From an uncultured Acidobacteriota bacterium (GTDB taxonomy: Bacteria; Acidobacteriota; Thermoanaerobaculia; Multivoradales; SZUA-115): DNA of 64,000 bases. Positions 39,822 to 50,472 of this stretch are shown piece by piece. Below the pieces are notes generated by a model. That model did no database searches, had not been told where the DNA came from, and worked only from the letters and a program-made list of their open reading frames with translations. Within the stretch, counting starts at the first letter, position 1, and each line of letters opens with the position of its first letter. A program made the position numbers and the translations under genes. The stretch spans positions 1,152,001 through 1,216,000 of the forward strand of contig CAWDVR010000002.1 of assembly GCA_963805975.1 (NCBI GenBank). Direction: 5' to 3'.

Positions 39822-39890
39822 CGGTCCGGGGCCCCCTGGACAGATCCTGGGGCCCCGGCCTAGCAGCCAGAAGTACCGACCCCCTTGCAT

Positions 39891-39921
39891 GGCGGCCGGC
39901 TCGTCCCGGCCGCCTCTTTTT
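39891..39921 (+). terminator. Rho-independent terminator of the dcw operon
   Basis: GGCGGCCGG-ctcgtc-CCGGCCGCC followed by TCTTTTT. A second GC hairpin lies at about 39827-39858. Confidence 0.8.
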
Positions 39922-39972
39922 CACGCCGTTCTCTCTCCACGGGCCACAGAATCGCCATAGTTCGATGGCACC

Positions 39973-40560
39973 ATGAGCCGAGCGCCCATGCGTCTCCTCC
40001 GCTTTCACTCCCGCCGCGAGCGCAATCTCTGGCTCCTGGCCGCCGGCTACACGCTGGTCCTCTACTCGACCCTCGCCCTGGTGCGAGGGCTCACCAACTT
40101 CCTGCGCCCGCGCGGTCTCCTGCGACCGACACTCTGGGTCCTCCTGGCGGGCGCCGTCGTCGCGGCAGTGGTCTGGATTCTCCGCGGCCGGCCCAGGGCG
40201 CGGGAGTGGGCCGTCCTGGGCCTGGTCGCCCTGGGCTACCTCCTGGTCATCCCTCTCGCCCGAGCGCCCGAGGAGAAGTTCCACCTCCTCGAGTATGGCC
40301 TCCTGGCCGGCGTGATCTACGCCGCGCTCTCCGAGCGCCGCGCCGCCTTGTCCGAGCCCACGCCCTCTTTCTTCCTCCGCCATCTGCCGCTCACCGCCTT
40401 TCTCCTCACCGCCGCCCTCGGCTTCCTCGACGAGCTCCTCCAAGGCCTCCTCCCCAGCCGCTACTACGACACCCGGGACGTGCTCCTCAACGCCCTCGCC
40501 GGAGGCCTGGTGATCGCGGCGCTCGCGGGCAGGGAGTGGGCGCGCCGGCGAGCGCTCTGA
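39973..40560 (+). CDS. VanZ-family membrane protein
   Basis: EKFHLLEYGLL, DELLQ...SRYYDTRDVLLN; several TM helices. Confidence 0.82.
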   Translation: MSRAPMRLLRFHSRRERNLWLLAAGYTLVLYSTLALVRGLTNFLRPRGLLRPTLWVLLAGAVVAAVVWILRGRPRAREWAVLGLVALGYLLVIPLARAPEEKFHLLEYGLLAGVIYAALSERRAALSEPTPSFFLRHLPLTAFLLTAALGFLDELLQGLLPSRYYDTRDVLLNALAGGLVIAALAGREWARRRAL

Positions 40561-40904
40561 TCCGGCGGCCGACGGCTGCAAGCGTTGTCGGCCCGAATCC
40601 CTTCTGAGAGACGAGATTCGCCAGACCCGGGCGAACGCGCGCGGCAGGCGAGTTATCATTGAGCGCTACTTGGTACCTTCTTCCGAAACAGATTTCGAGA
40701 TGCGTATCAGATCGAGACCTTCGGATCCTTCGTAGGGAAACTGGGTCGTTCCGGCAATTTAGGGCGTCGGCCATAGGCCGGCTCTTCCGCTCGTCGGAAA
40801 GCTCGCGGCCAAGCCGCTGCTCCACAGCAGGAACTCCGCGTGTCACGCCTGCCCTCTCGGCGGCACCAAGACTCTTGAAGTCGATAGAAAGGAGTTTCTA
40901 CACA

Positions 40905-41303
40905 GTGAAAAGTCGAGCTCGGCTCTTGATCGGGGGATTGTTCTGGATCTTGGTGCTCGGCGCGGCCTTCGAGGAAAGGCTCTCGGCCGCCTGCGAGGAC
41001 TGCTATGAGTGCAACACCCACGTCGGCGGCCTGGGAAGTTCGGCGGAGTGCTGCTCCGGCGGCCGGTGCCAGGTGCTGGCCAATGACGACCACTGTTTCC
41101 AGGTCAAGGACAACGTCCAGGACTGTGCAACCTCGGCGCCCTGGTGGCAGCCAGAGTTCGAGCACTGCACGGGCAGCACGCCCTGCGGGGCCGCGGGCGG
41201 CGGCTCGGGCGGCGGTGCCGGGGGCGATGGATGCGGCTATCAGCCTGGCGGCTTCTGCCCCGCCTCCTGCATGAGCTGCTCGGGCGGCCCCTACTGGTAC
41301 TGA
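40905..41303 (+). CDS. Secreted Cys-rich small protein (132 aa, 14 Cys), unknown function
   Basis: RBS AAAGGAG before GTG 40905. Signal peptide, 10-Cys domain, Gly linker, C-terminal C-x7-CPASCMSC. Confidence 0.78.
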   Translation: MKSRARLLIGGLFWILVLGAAFEERLSAACEDCYECNTHVGGLGSSAECCSGGRCQVLANDDHCFQVKDNVQDCATSAPWWQPEFEHCTGSTPCGAAGGGSGGGAGGDGCGYQPGGFCPASCMSCSGGPYWY

Positions 41304-41305
41304 CC

Positions 41306-44300
41306 GTGGCAGGAGCACCTGGCTCGACGACGTCCCGGCTACGGTTCAGAGGTCTCTGTCTGGTCGCCCTCTGCGTGCCATTCGCCGCCGGCCGGCTCGA
41401 GGGAGCCGAGCCGCTGCGGGAGCTGTGGGTCCGGGTCGAGGCGGTGGGCGCCGGCACGGCAGGGGCCGAACGCTACCTTGCGGTGGTCGCCGAGGACCAG
41501 CCGTGGCGCCGGCCGGCCGCCGAAACCCTGCTGGCGCCCGGCGAGCCGGCACCGCGGTGGCGGCTGCCCGCAGGCCGCTACCGCGCGGTGTGCAGCGAGG
41601 CAGGCTTCGCGGCACGGTTCACCGAGCCGTTCGAGGTGGGGGGCGACGAGAGCGGGGCGCAGGCACCCGTCGAGGTCGGCTGCCCGCTCGAGCGTCTCGT
41701 CTACCGAGAGGGGCTGGTGTCGACCGGCAGCGGCGCGCCGCTCGCCGGGGCGCGCCTCGCGCCGCTCCACGTGGCGATGGCGGAGGGCCCGGTCGCCCTC
41801 TCGACCCTGGGCGCTGCGCACTTGCGCCGTAGCTTCGAAGCGGTGGCGGACGAGGCGGGACGCTTCCGGGTCGGCGGACCGGCTGGCAGCCGCGCGGCCC
41901 TCTGGGTCGAGGCCGCCGGCTTCGCCCCCCGGCTGCTGCCGGACGTGGTGTTCGCAGCCGGCGCCGCGGGGCTCGCCCCGGTGCGCCTCGAGCGCGGCGG
42001 CGGGCTGGTGCTCGAGGCGGCCCTTCCCGAGGGCCTCGATCGAGACCGGTTCCTGCTCGGGCTGCGACCCGCCGCCGACCCTCCGGGGGCCTCCCGCACC
42101 GAGACCGAGGCGGCGCTCCGCGCCTGGCTGAGGCCGCTTCCCGCAGAGGGGCCCTTCCTGGGGAGCTGGAGCTCGCTCGCCGCCGGCCGCTACGAGGTGT
42201 GGCTCAAGGAGCGCGCCGGGGCGGCCGCGAGCCGGCCGCCGCTCGTCGTGGGCGGCGCCGAGATGGCGGAGGGCGCGACGGTGAAGCTGGCCGTGACCGT
42301 TCCCGATCCGGAGCCGGCGACGCCGGTCTCGGCGCTCCCCCTGCGTCTCCTCGTCCGCCACGACGCCGAGCTTCACCCCCGCGGGCTCGCGGCGGCCGGC
42401 GCCGCCCGGGTCGAGCGCTGGGTGGGCGCCGGGCCCCAGGAGGTGCCGGTCGACTCCGAGCCGGCGAGCGGTGGGCTCGTGCTCTCGATCCCGGCCGGCT
42501 GCCGCAGCGGCGGGCTCTACACCGTGCGCCTCGGGGAACAGATCTCCGCGGCACTGCCGGCCGAGGGGTGCGCAGAGCAGACGGCGCGCGCGGCCAACCT
42601 CCTCACGGCCGCCACGCTCACGGGCCGCATCCGCCAGCCGATGGGCACCTCACGGCCGTCGCAGATGGCCTTCGTCGCCCGGCGCTGTGCCGAGCGTCCC
42701 GCCGGCGCCGAGCCCGGCCTGGGTCGCTTTCCGGCCGCCCTGGCGAAAGACGGGAGCTGGCGTGCCGCGGTGCCGGCCGGTTGCCTTCACTTGCGGCTCG
42801 AGGCGACGGGCTTCACCAGCGTCGCCGTCGCCAGCCTTGGGCTCGCCCAGGGCGGGGCTCGCGATCTCGGGACGATCGAGCTGTCCCCCGGCGGTGCCGT
42901 GCTCACCCGCGTTCTCGACGCCGAGACGGGCCGGGCGGCGACCGGTCTCCAGGCCCTGCTCTACTCCGGAGCGCGATTGTCCGAGGGCGTCGAGGCGTTG
43001 CTCGCCGGCCGGGACCCGGCCGCCGAAGCGGAGGCCCGGGTGGACGCCCAGGGCTGGCTGCGGCTCGATGGCCTGGCGCCGGGGAGCTACGCCATCCTCG
43101 CTGCCGGCGCCGGCGGCCGCCTGCTGGTCTCGCCGCTTTTCGCCGTCGCGGCGGGTGAGGAGGCGCTGCTGCCGGATCTCGAGCTCCCGGCGACCGCGAG
43201 CGTGGAGCTGACGCTCGCGACCGACGCCGCGGGCCTGCCGAAGGAGACCGCGCTCGAGCTCTCCGCCTCCTACCTTCCGGCCGGCTGCCGCTGGGCTCCG
43301 GTACCTCGCCTGCGCCGCTCTCTCACGGCCGGCCAGGCCCTGGAGCTTGCCGGCCTGCCACCGGGACGCTGGCGCTTCGCGGCAGAGATGCTGCCACCCG
43401 GAGGCGGCCGGTATACGGCCGGCGAGGTCGAGGCCGAGATCGCCGCGGGCTCACACGCCGCCCTGGAGCTGCCGGTCGCCGGCCGCCTCTACCGCGGTGT
43501 GGTGCTCTTTCGGGGCCAGCCGCTCGCGGCCTCGGTTCGGCTGCGCCCGCGGGGACGGGGCGCGGTGCCGGCTCAGGCGCAGAGCGATCACGAGGGCCGG
43601 TTCACGGTGCTGCTCGCCCGGCCCGGAGCGTATCGGGCCACGGTGTGGACCGCGGACGGCGCGCTCGAGGCGACGGTGGCAAAGGTCCTCTTCGAGGAGC
43701 CGGAGGAAGAGGTGGAGCTGCGCCTGCCGGAGGGGACCTTGAGCGGCGTGGTCGTGGATCGGGACGGCCGGCCGGCGGCCGATGCCGCGATCTTCGCGCA
43801 GAGCACGGCGAGCGCCGGGGACCACGAGGAGGAAGGGGCATCCCGGCTTCCGTTGCGCGGCTTCGCCCGGGCGGACGCCGCGGGCCGCTTCGAGATCTCC
43901 GGCCTGGCGCCGGCGCAGTGGGAGCTGCGCGCGAGCCTGGGGCGCAACCGCGCGCGCAGCCGGGAGGTCACCGTGGAGCTCGGCGCGGACGAGGTGGTCC
44001 CCGGCCTGCGGCTGGTGCTCGAGGAAGGCCGCCCGCTCACCGTCGAGGTCCGCATGGGCGGCCGGCCGATGGCCGGGGTGCCCGGCTCCGCATGGTTCCT
44101 TGCCGCGGACGGCGAGCTGCTCGGCCAGCTCGCCGGCTTTGCGACCGATCTCGAAGGCCGCTACCGCTTCGCGGCGCCGCCCGGCGAGACCGCCTTCGTC
44201 CAGCTCGTGCTGCAACCGGCGGCGGCGCCGGTCGCGTCCTTCCGGCTGGCGTTCGCGGAGGAGCTGGCCGTGGAGCTGCCGGCGCTCGGCGGCCGGGTGG

Positions 44301-44623
44301 AGCTGGTGGTGCCCGCCGAACGGCTCCCCGGCCTCGACCCATCGCACCTGGTGCTGGTCCACGAAGGCGGGGCCAGCATTCCTCTCGGCTACTTGCGAGC
44401 GGCCGGGGAAAGCAGGAACGCCGAGGGCTCCTCGCTCGTCGCGCTGCCGCTCCTGGCCTCCGGACGCTGGCGCCTGCTGGCCCTCGATTCCGCCGCGGAC
44501 TGGCGCTTCCTCGTCATGGGGCAGGAGATCGGCCGCGAGCTCGGGAGCTTCGACCTCGCCCCTGGCGGCACGGCGCGGGTCGCGCTGCCGGGAGCCGCCG
44601 CGCTAGCCGGCGCGAGTCAGTAG
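41306..44623 (+). CDS. Large secreted protein with repeated carboxypeptidase-regulatory-like beta-sandwich domains (start approximate)
   Basis: Signal-like N-terminus and repeated GxVxDxxGxP...DxxGRFxxxGLxPGxY/W motifs; starts 2 nt after the Cys-rich gene. Confidence 0.8.
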   Translation: MAGAPGSTTSRLRFRGLCLVALCVPFAAGRLEGAEPLRELWVRVEAVGAGTAGAERYLAVVAEDQPWRRPAAETLLAPGEPAPRWRLPAGRYRAVCSEAGFAARFTEPFEVGGDESGAQAPVEVGCPLERLVYREGLVSTGSGAPLAGARLAPLHVAMAEGPVALSTLGAAHLRRSFEAVADEAGRFRVGGPAGSRAALWVEAAGFAPRLLPDVVFAAGAAGLAPVRLERGGGLVLEAALPEGLDRDRFLLGLRPAADPPGASRTETEAALRAWLRPLPAEGPFLGSWSSLAAGRYEVWLKERAGAAASRPPLVVGGAEMAEGATVKLAVTVPDPEPATPVSALPLRLLVRHDAELHPRGLAAAGAARVERWVGAGPQEVPVDSEPASGGLVLSIPAGCRSGGLYTVRLGEQISAALPAEGCAEQTARAANLLTAATLTGRIRQPMGTSRPSQMAFVARRCAERPAGAEPGLGRFPAALAKDGSWRAAVPAGCLHLRLEATGFTSVAVASLGLAQGGARDLGTIELSPGGAVLTRVLDAETGRAATGLQALLYSGARLSEGVEALLAGRDPAAEAEARVDAQGWLRLDGLAPGSYAILAAGAGGRLLVSPLFAVAAGEEALLPDLELPATASVELTLATDAAGLPKETALELSASYLPAGCRWAPVPRLRRSLTAGQALELAGLPPGRWRFAAEMLPPGGGRYTAGEVEAEIAAGSHAALELPVAGRLYRGVVLFRGQPLAASVRLRPRGRGAVPAQAQSDHEGRFTVLLARPGAYRATVWTADGALEATVAKVLFEEPEEEVELRLPEGTLSGVVVDRDGRPAADAAIFAQSTASAGDHEEEGASRLPLRGFARADAAGRFEISGLAPAQWELRASLGRNRARSREVTVELGADEVVPGLRLVLEEGRPLTVEVRMGGRPMAGVPGSAWFLAADGELLGQLAGFATDLEGRYRFAAPPGETAFVQLVLQPAAAPVASFRLAFAEELAVELPALGGRVELVVPAERLPGLDPSHLVLVHEGGASIPLGYLRAAGESRNAEGSSLVALPLLASGRWRLLALDSAADWRFLVMGQEIGRELGSFDLAPGGTARVALPGAAALAGASQ

Positions 44624-44630
44624 GCGGCGT

Positions 44631-46579
<1,949 letters not shown>

Positions 46580-46611
46580 CGTCGGCCTCCTTGGTCAGTA
46601 TCGTGAGTGTC

Positions 46612-46640
46612 TTGTACCGACTTACAGTTGCTCGTAAGGT
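46612..46640 (+). promoter_or_regulatory. Sigma70-type promoter of the kinase / LysM-FecR / GGDEF-EAL operon
   Basis: TTGTAC-N17-TAAGGT, with GTG 8 nt downstream. Confidence 0.55.
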
Positions 46641-46648
46641 AACGCTCC

Positions 46649-48661
46649 GTGATTGTATCGTCGAAAGCGCCCGCACCGGAATTCGAGCCGCGGCCGAGGG
46701 CGCGCGGCAGCCTGCAGCTGCGCATCACCCTGGCTCTCGCCGTGGTGGGCCTGCTGCCGCTCGCCATCGCCACCCTGCTGCTGGTGCGCCTGCACCGCGA
46801 GGGCTTCTCCCGGCAGGTGCTCGCCACGCACAGCGTGGCGGCGGCGACCGCCGCCGAGCGGGTGGGCGCGGTGGCGGACTCGCTGGTGGCGCTCGCCGAC
46901 AGCCTGGCAGGCAACCCCGGGCTCACCAATGACGAACAGCCGGAGGTGGCGCGCGAGCTGCTGATCGGCATGCTCCAGGCGCGGCCGGACCTCGGCGCGC
47001 TGGCGCTGGTCAACGGGGAGGGCGCGCTCGTGCTCCGCGCCCAGCGCAAGGGCCTGGGAACCGAGATGGAGGGCGTCCTCGCAGAGCGCCAGGAGAAGGA
47101 GCTCGACCTGGTGGTGGGCGAGACCGCGACCTGGTTGCGGATCGAGCGGCCGCTGGCCCGTGCCAGCGGCCGGCTGCGCCTGGTGGCCGACGCGGCGCCG
47201 CTGATCGCGGCGGTCGAACGCATCGAGATCGGCGGCGACGAGGCCGAGCTGGTGCTCGCCACGGGCGCCGGCCGGGTGCTCGCCGGCACGGCGCCCTCGC
47301 TCGCGGGCTTTCCCCCGGCGCTCCTCGAGGCGGGCCGCGTGGGCCGTGCTGGCGGCGCCGGCGTCTACCAGGGCGAGGGCGGCGAGAAAGTGCTCGGCGC
47401 CTTCTCTCCCGTCGCCGGCACGCTGGCAGGGGCGAAGGACCTGGGCTGGTTCGTGGTCTCGCGCCAGCCGCGGCGGATGGCGGAATCGATCCGCCTCGGG
47501 GTGCGGCGCGACTCCGCCCTGGCGGTGGGCCTCGCGGCGATCCTGGTGGCGGCCCTGGCGGCGGCGGCCCACTCCTCGCTGGTCTCGCCGATCCGCCGCC
47601 TGACCGAGGCGCAGCGCCGCCTGGCCGGCTTCGTGCCCGAGCCGCGGGCGCCGGGTGGCGAGATCGCGGCGCTCGAGGCCTCTTTCGCGCTGCTCGAGCG
47701 CAAGGTGCGGGACGCGGAGGATCTGAGCCGCGTCTTTCTGGGCCGCTACCAGGTGCTGGAGCAGATCGGCGCCGGCGCCATGGGCTCGGTGTTCCTGGGT
47801 TGGGACCCCAAGCTGCAACGCCGCGTGGCGCTCAAGACCGTGCGCCTGGACGCCGGCCGCCTGGGCCTCCGGCAGAGCGATCTGTCGCGCAAGCTGTTCC
47901 AGGAGGCCGTGACCACGGCGCGCTTCAGCCACTCGAACATCGTCCCCGTCTACGACGTCGAGTGGACGCCGGAGGTCGCCTTCCTCGCCATGGAGCACGT
48001 GGACGGCGTGGGGCTCGAATGGCTGCTGTGGCGCCAGCGCCCGCTCTCTGAGCCGGCGAGCGTGCTGATCGCCCACGGCATCGCCTCCGCCCTCGCCACC
48101 GCCCACGCTCAGGGCGTGATGCACCGCGACATCAAGCCTTCGAACGTGCTCCTGGGCTTCGACGGCTCGATCAAGGTCACCGACTTCGGCATCGCCGAGC
48201 TGGCGACCGCCGTCGCCCCGTCGACGGAGATCTTCTTCGGTACTCCGGGCTTCATCCCGCCCGAGGCCCTGAAGGGCGAGGGCTACGGTCCGGCGGGAGA
48301 CCTCTTCGCTCTCGGCGTGATCCTCTACGAGTGCCTGACCGGCCGCCAACCCTTCTTGAAGAGCGAGCTCCAGGAGACCATCGCCAGCACCCTCCACCGC
48401 GAGCCCGAGCCGCTCGCGCGCCTCGCGCCGGGGCTCTCCCCCGAGGTGGAGGCCCTGGCCTCGGGGCTCCTCGCCAAGGCTCCCGGCGAGCGGCCGGCGA
48501 GCGCGGCGGCCGTGGTACGATCGCTCCAGGCCATCATTGTCGAGCGCGGGATGCGATGGGACCCTTCCGGGCTTCCACCCAGGCCCTCTGCCTCCGAGCC
48601 CGGGCGCTCGCAGCTCCTGTCGACCTTCACGCGGCCGGCGACGAGGTGGATGAAGCGATGA
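46649..48661 (+). CDS. Membrane sensor Ser/Thr kinase (TM, Cache-like periplasmic domain, TM, HAMP-like linker, Hanks kinase)
   Basis: Two TM helices flanking a ~240-aa region ending GWFVVSRQP, then PIRRL...GEIAAL..SF (HAMP-like). Kinase motifs GAGAMG, VALK, HRDIKPSN, DFG, GTP..IPPE. Confidence 0.88.
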   Translation: MIVSSKAPAPEFEPRPRARGSLQLRITLALAVVGLLPLAIATLLLVRLHREGFSRQVLATHSVAAATAAERVGAVADSLVALADSLAGNPGLTNDEQPEVARELLIGMLQARPDLGALALVNGEGALVLRAQRKGLGTEMEGVLAERQEKELDLVVGETATWLRIERPLARASGRLRLVADAAPLIAAVERIEIGGDEAELVLATGAGRVLAGTAPSLAGFPPALLEAGRVGRAGGAGVYQGEGGEKVLGAFSPVAGTLAGAKDLGWFVVSRQPRRMAESIRLGVRRDSALAVGLAAILVAALAAAAHSSLVSPIRRLTEAQRRLAGFVPEPRAPGGEIAALEASFALLERKVRDAEDLSRVFLGRYQVLEQIGAGAMGSVFLGWDPKLQRRVALKTVRLDAGRLGLRQSDLSRKLFQEAVTTARFSHSNIVPVYDVEWTPEVAFLAMEHVDGVGLEWLLWRQRPLSEPASVLIAHGIASALATAHAQGVMHRDIKPSNVLLGFDGSIKVTDFGIAELATAVAPSTEIFFGTPGFIPPEALKGEGYGPAGDLFALGVILYECLTGRQPFLKSELQETIASTLHREPEPLARLAPGLSPEVEALASGLLAKAPGERPASAAAVVRSLQAIIVERGMRWDPSGLPPRPSASEPGRSQLLSTFTRPATRWMKR

Positions 48662-50472
48662 TCGCCCGCGCCAAGCAATCCTCCCTTGCCGCCACGCTGG
48701 CGGCGCTCCTCTCCGTTCTGCTCGCGCCCGGCGGCTTTGCCCAGCCCGGGGCCGGCCCACCGCTCGGCACCGGCTGGCACATCGCGCGCCCCGGCGACAC
48801 CCTCCGCGGCCTGTCGCGCCGTTACTCGGGCGGCGAAGAGCGGTGGCGGGAGAACTGGCGCCTCAACCCCGGGATCCAGGACCCGAACCGCATCGAGATC
48901 GGCGAGCGCATCCAGCTGCTGCTGGTGAGCAACGTGCCCGAGGATCTGGCGCGCATCACCCGCCTGTCGCACAGCGTCGAGACCAAGCCGACGCCGGTCG
49001 ACTGGGAAGCCGCTTTCGTCGATGCCCTGCTGCGCGGCGAGGACGCGCTGCGCACCTACGAGCGCTCCTCCGCCGAGATGCTGTTCGGTGACGGCTCCGA
49101 GCTCAAGATCACGGAGAGCTCGCTGGTCTTTCTGCGCAAGGTGGGCCGCGGCCTCGAGGCCGTGCCGCGCGACGAGATCGAGATCGTCGACGGCCAGGCC
49201 GACCTGAGCAACCGCGCCGCGCGCGCCGGCGCGCGCGGCATCGACGTGCTGCTCGGCACGGCGCGCCTCACCCCGCGGCCGAGCCCGGCGGGAGAGGTGG
49301 CGACCCGCGCCCGCAAGCGCGCCACCGCCGCCCAGTTGATGGTGTACGAGGGAGCGGGTGCGGTGGCCTCGGGCGGCGCCCAGGTGGACCTTCCCCGGGG
49401 CACCGGCACGGTGGTGGAGGAGGGCAGGCCGCCCGCTCCCCCCGAGGCGCTGCTCCCCGCGCCGGAGCTCACCGGACCGGCCGCGGAGGCGAGCTTCGCC
49501 TTCGGCAACCCCGGCTTCACCTGGCAGGCGGTTCCCGGCGCTGCGAGCTACACCGTCGAGGTCTGCCGCGACCCCGGCTGCGGCGCCCTGGAGCTCAGGG
49601 CGAGCGGCCTCGCGACCCCGCTCTTCAGGCCGGGCTCCCTCCCCACCGGGAGCCTCTTCTGGCGGGTGACCGCAGGCGCGGCTTCCGGTCTCGACGGCTA
49701 CCCGAGCGCCAGCCGCGCCCTGACCGTCACCTCCGGGCGCGCCGACGTGGAGCCGCCCGCGGTCTGGCTCACCTTCGCCGCGCCGACGATCGGCTGCGGC
49801 TCCCGCCGGCTGGTCGGGCGCGGGGTACAGCTCGACCTCGGCGCCGAGGACCCGTCGGGGATCGCCGGCTGGACCTACACGGTGAACGGGCAGGCCGTGG
49901 AGCGGGCGGCCTTCGCCGGCCCCTGGGCCGCGGGAGCGCAGACCCTCGAAGCGACGGCGACCGACAGCGCCGGCAACATCGCCACGGTGGGGTCCCTGGC
50001 CCTGGTCAGCGACCCGGACCCGCCGGTGATCGCGGTCGAGAGCGGCAACGCCGGCCTGATCCGTGAGCACGGCCGTCCCGACCGCGCCCGCCAGGCCCTC
50101 CCCGGGCGGCTGCGGCGGCACGCTCGCGACGGCGCGGTGCTCGAATGGTCCTCGGACGGCGCCCGCTGGCTGCCTCTCGCCGCCGGAGCCGAGACCCTGG
50201 CGCTGGGCGACGAGCCGCAGATCTTCCTGCGCTCCCCGGGAAGCGATGGCGGCGGCGATGCCTTCTCCCCGGACAGCCCGGTGCGGCTGCCGGGAGACCG
50301 CCTGCTGCACGTGACCGTCGAGGATGCGGCCTGCGGCGTCGAGCGCGTGCGCTTCGGCATCGGGTCGGGAGCCGGCACCGGCCGCCGCACCTTCTGGATC
50401 GAGGCCACCGACCTGGTGGGCAACGTCGCACGCGAGGAGTGGGCGCTCGCCGCTGCCGCCGATGGTCGGTGA
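48658..50472 (+). CDS. Secreted LysM + FecR-like + FN3/Ig-like domain protein
   Basis: Signal peptide, LysM (ARPGDTL...NPGIQDPNRI), FecR-like (LRT..SSAEMLFGDGSELKITESS), FN3-like (FTWQAVPGAASYTVEV). ATGA overlap with the kinase stop. Confidence 0.8.
   Translation: MIARAKQSSLAATLAALLSVLLAPGGFAQPGAGPPLGTGWHIARPGDTLRGLSRRYSGGEERWRENWRLNPGIQDPNRIEIGERIQLLLVSNVPEDLARITRLSHSVETKPTPVDWEAAFVDALLRGEDALRTYERSSAEMLFGDGSELKITESSLVFLRKVGRGLEAVPRDEIEIVDGQADLSNRAARAGARGIDVLLGTARLTPRPSPAGEVATRARKRATAAQLMVYEGAGAVASGGAQVDLPRGTGTVVEEGRPPAPPEALLPAPELTGPAAEASFAFGNPGFTWQAVPGAASYTVEVCRDPGCGALELRASGLATPLFRPGSLPTGSLFWRVTAGAASGLDGYPSASRALTVTSGRADVEPPAVWLTFAAPTIGCGSRRLVGRGVQLDLGAEDPSGIAGWTYTVNGQAVERAAFAGPWAAGAQTLEATATDSAGNIATVGSLALVSDPDPPVIAVESGNAGLIREHGRPDRARQALPGRLRRHARDGAVLEWSSDGARWLPLAAGAETLALGDEPQIFLRSPGSDGGGDAFSPDSPVRLPGDRLLHVTVEDAACGVERVRFGIGSGAGTGRRTFWIEATDLVGNVAREEWALAAAADGR

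Noticed and set aside
40992-41021. CxxCxxC..H as a c-type heme motif in the Cys-rich protein
   Set aside because: There is no CxxCH; the spacing does not fit.
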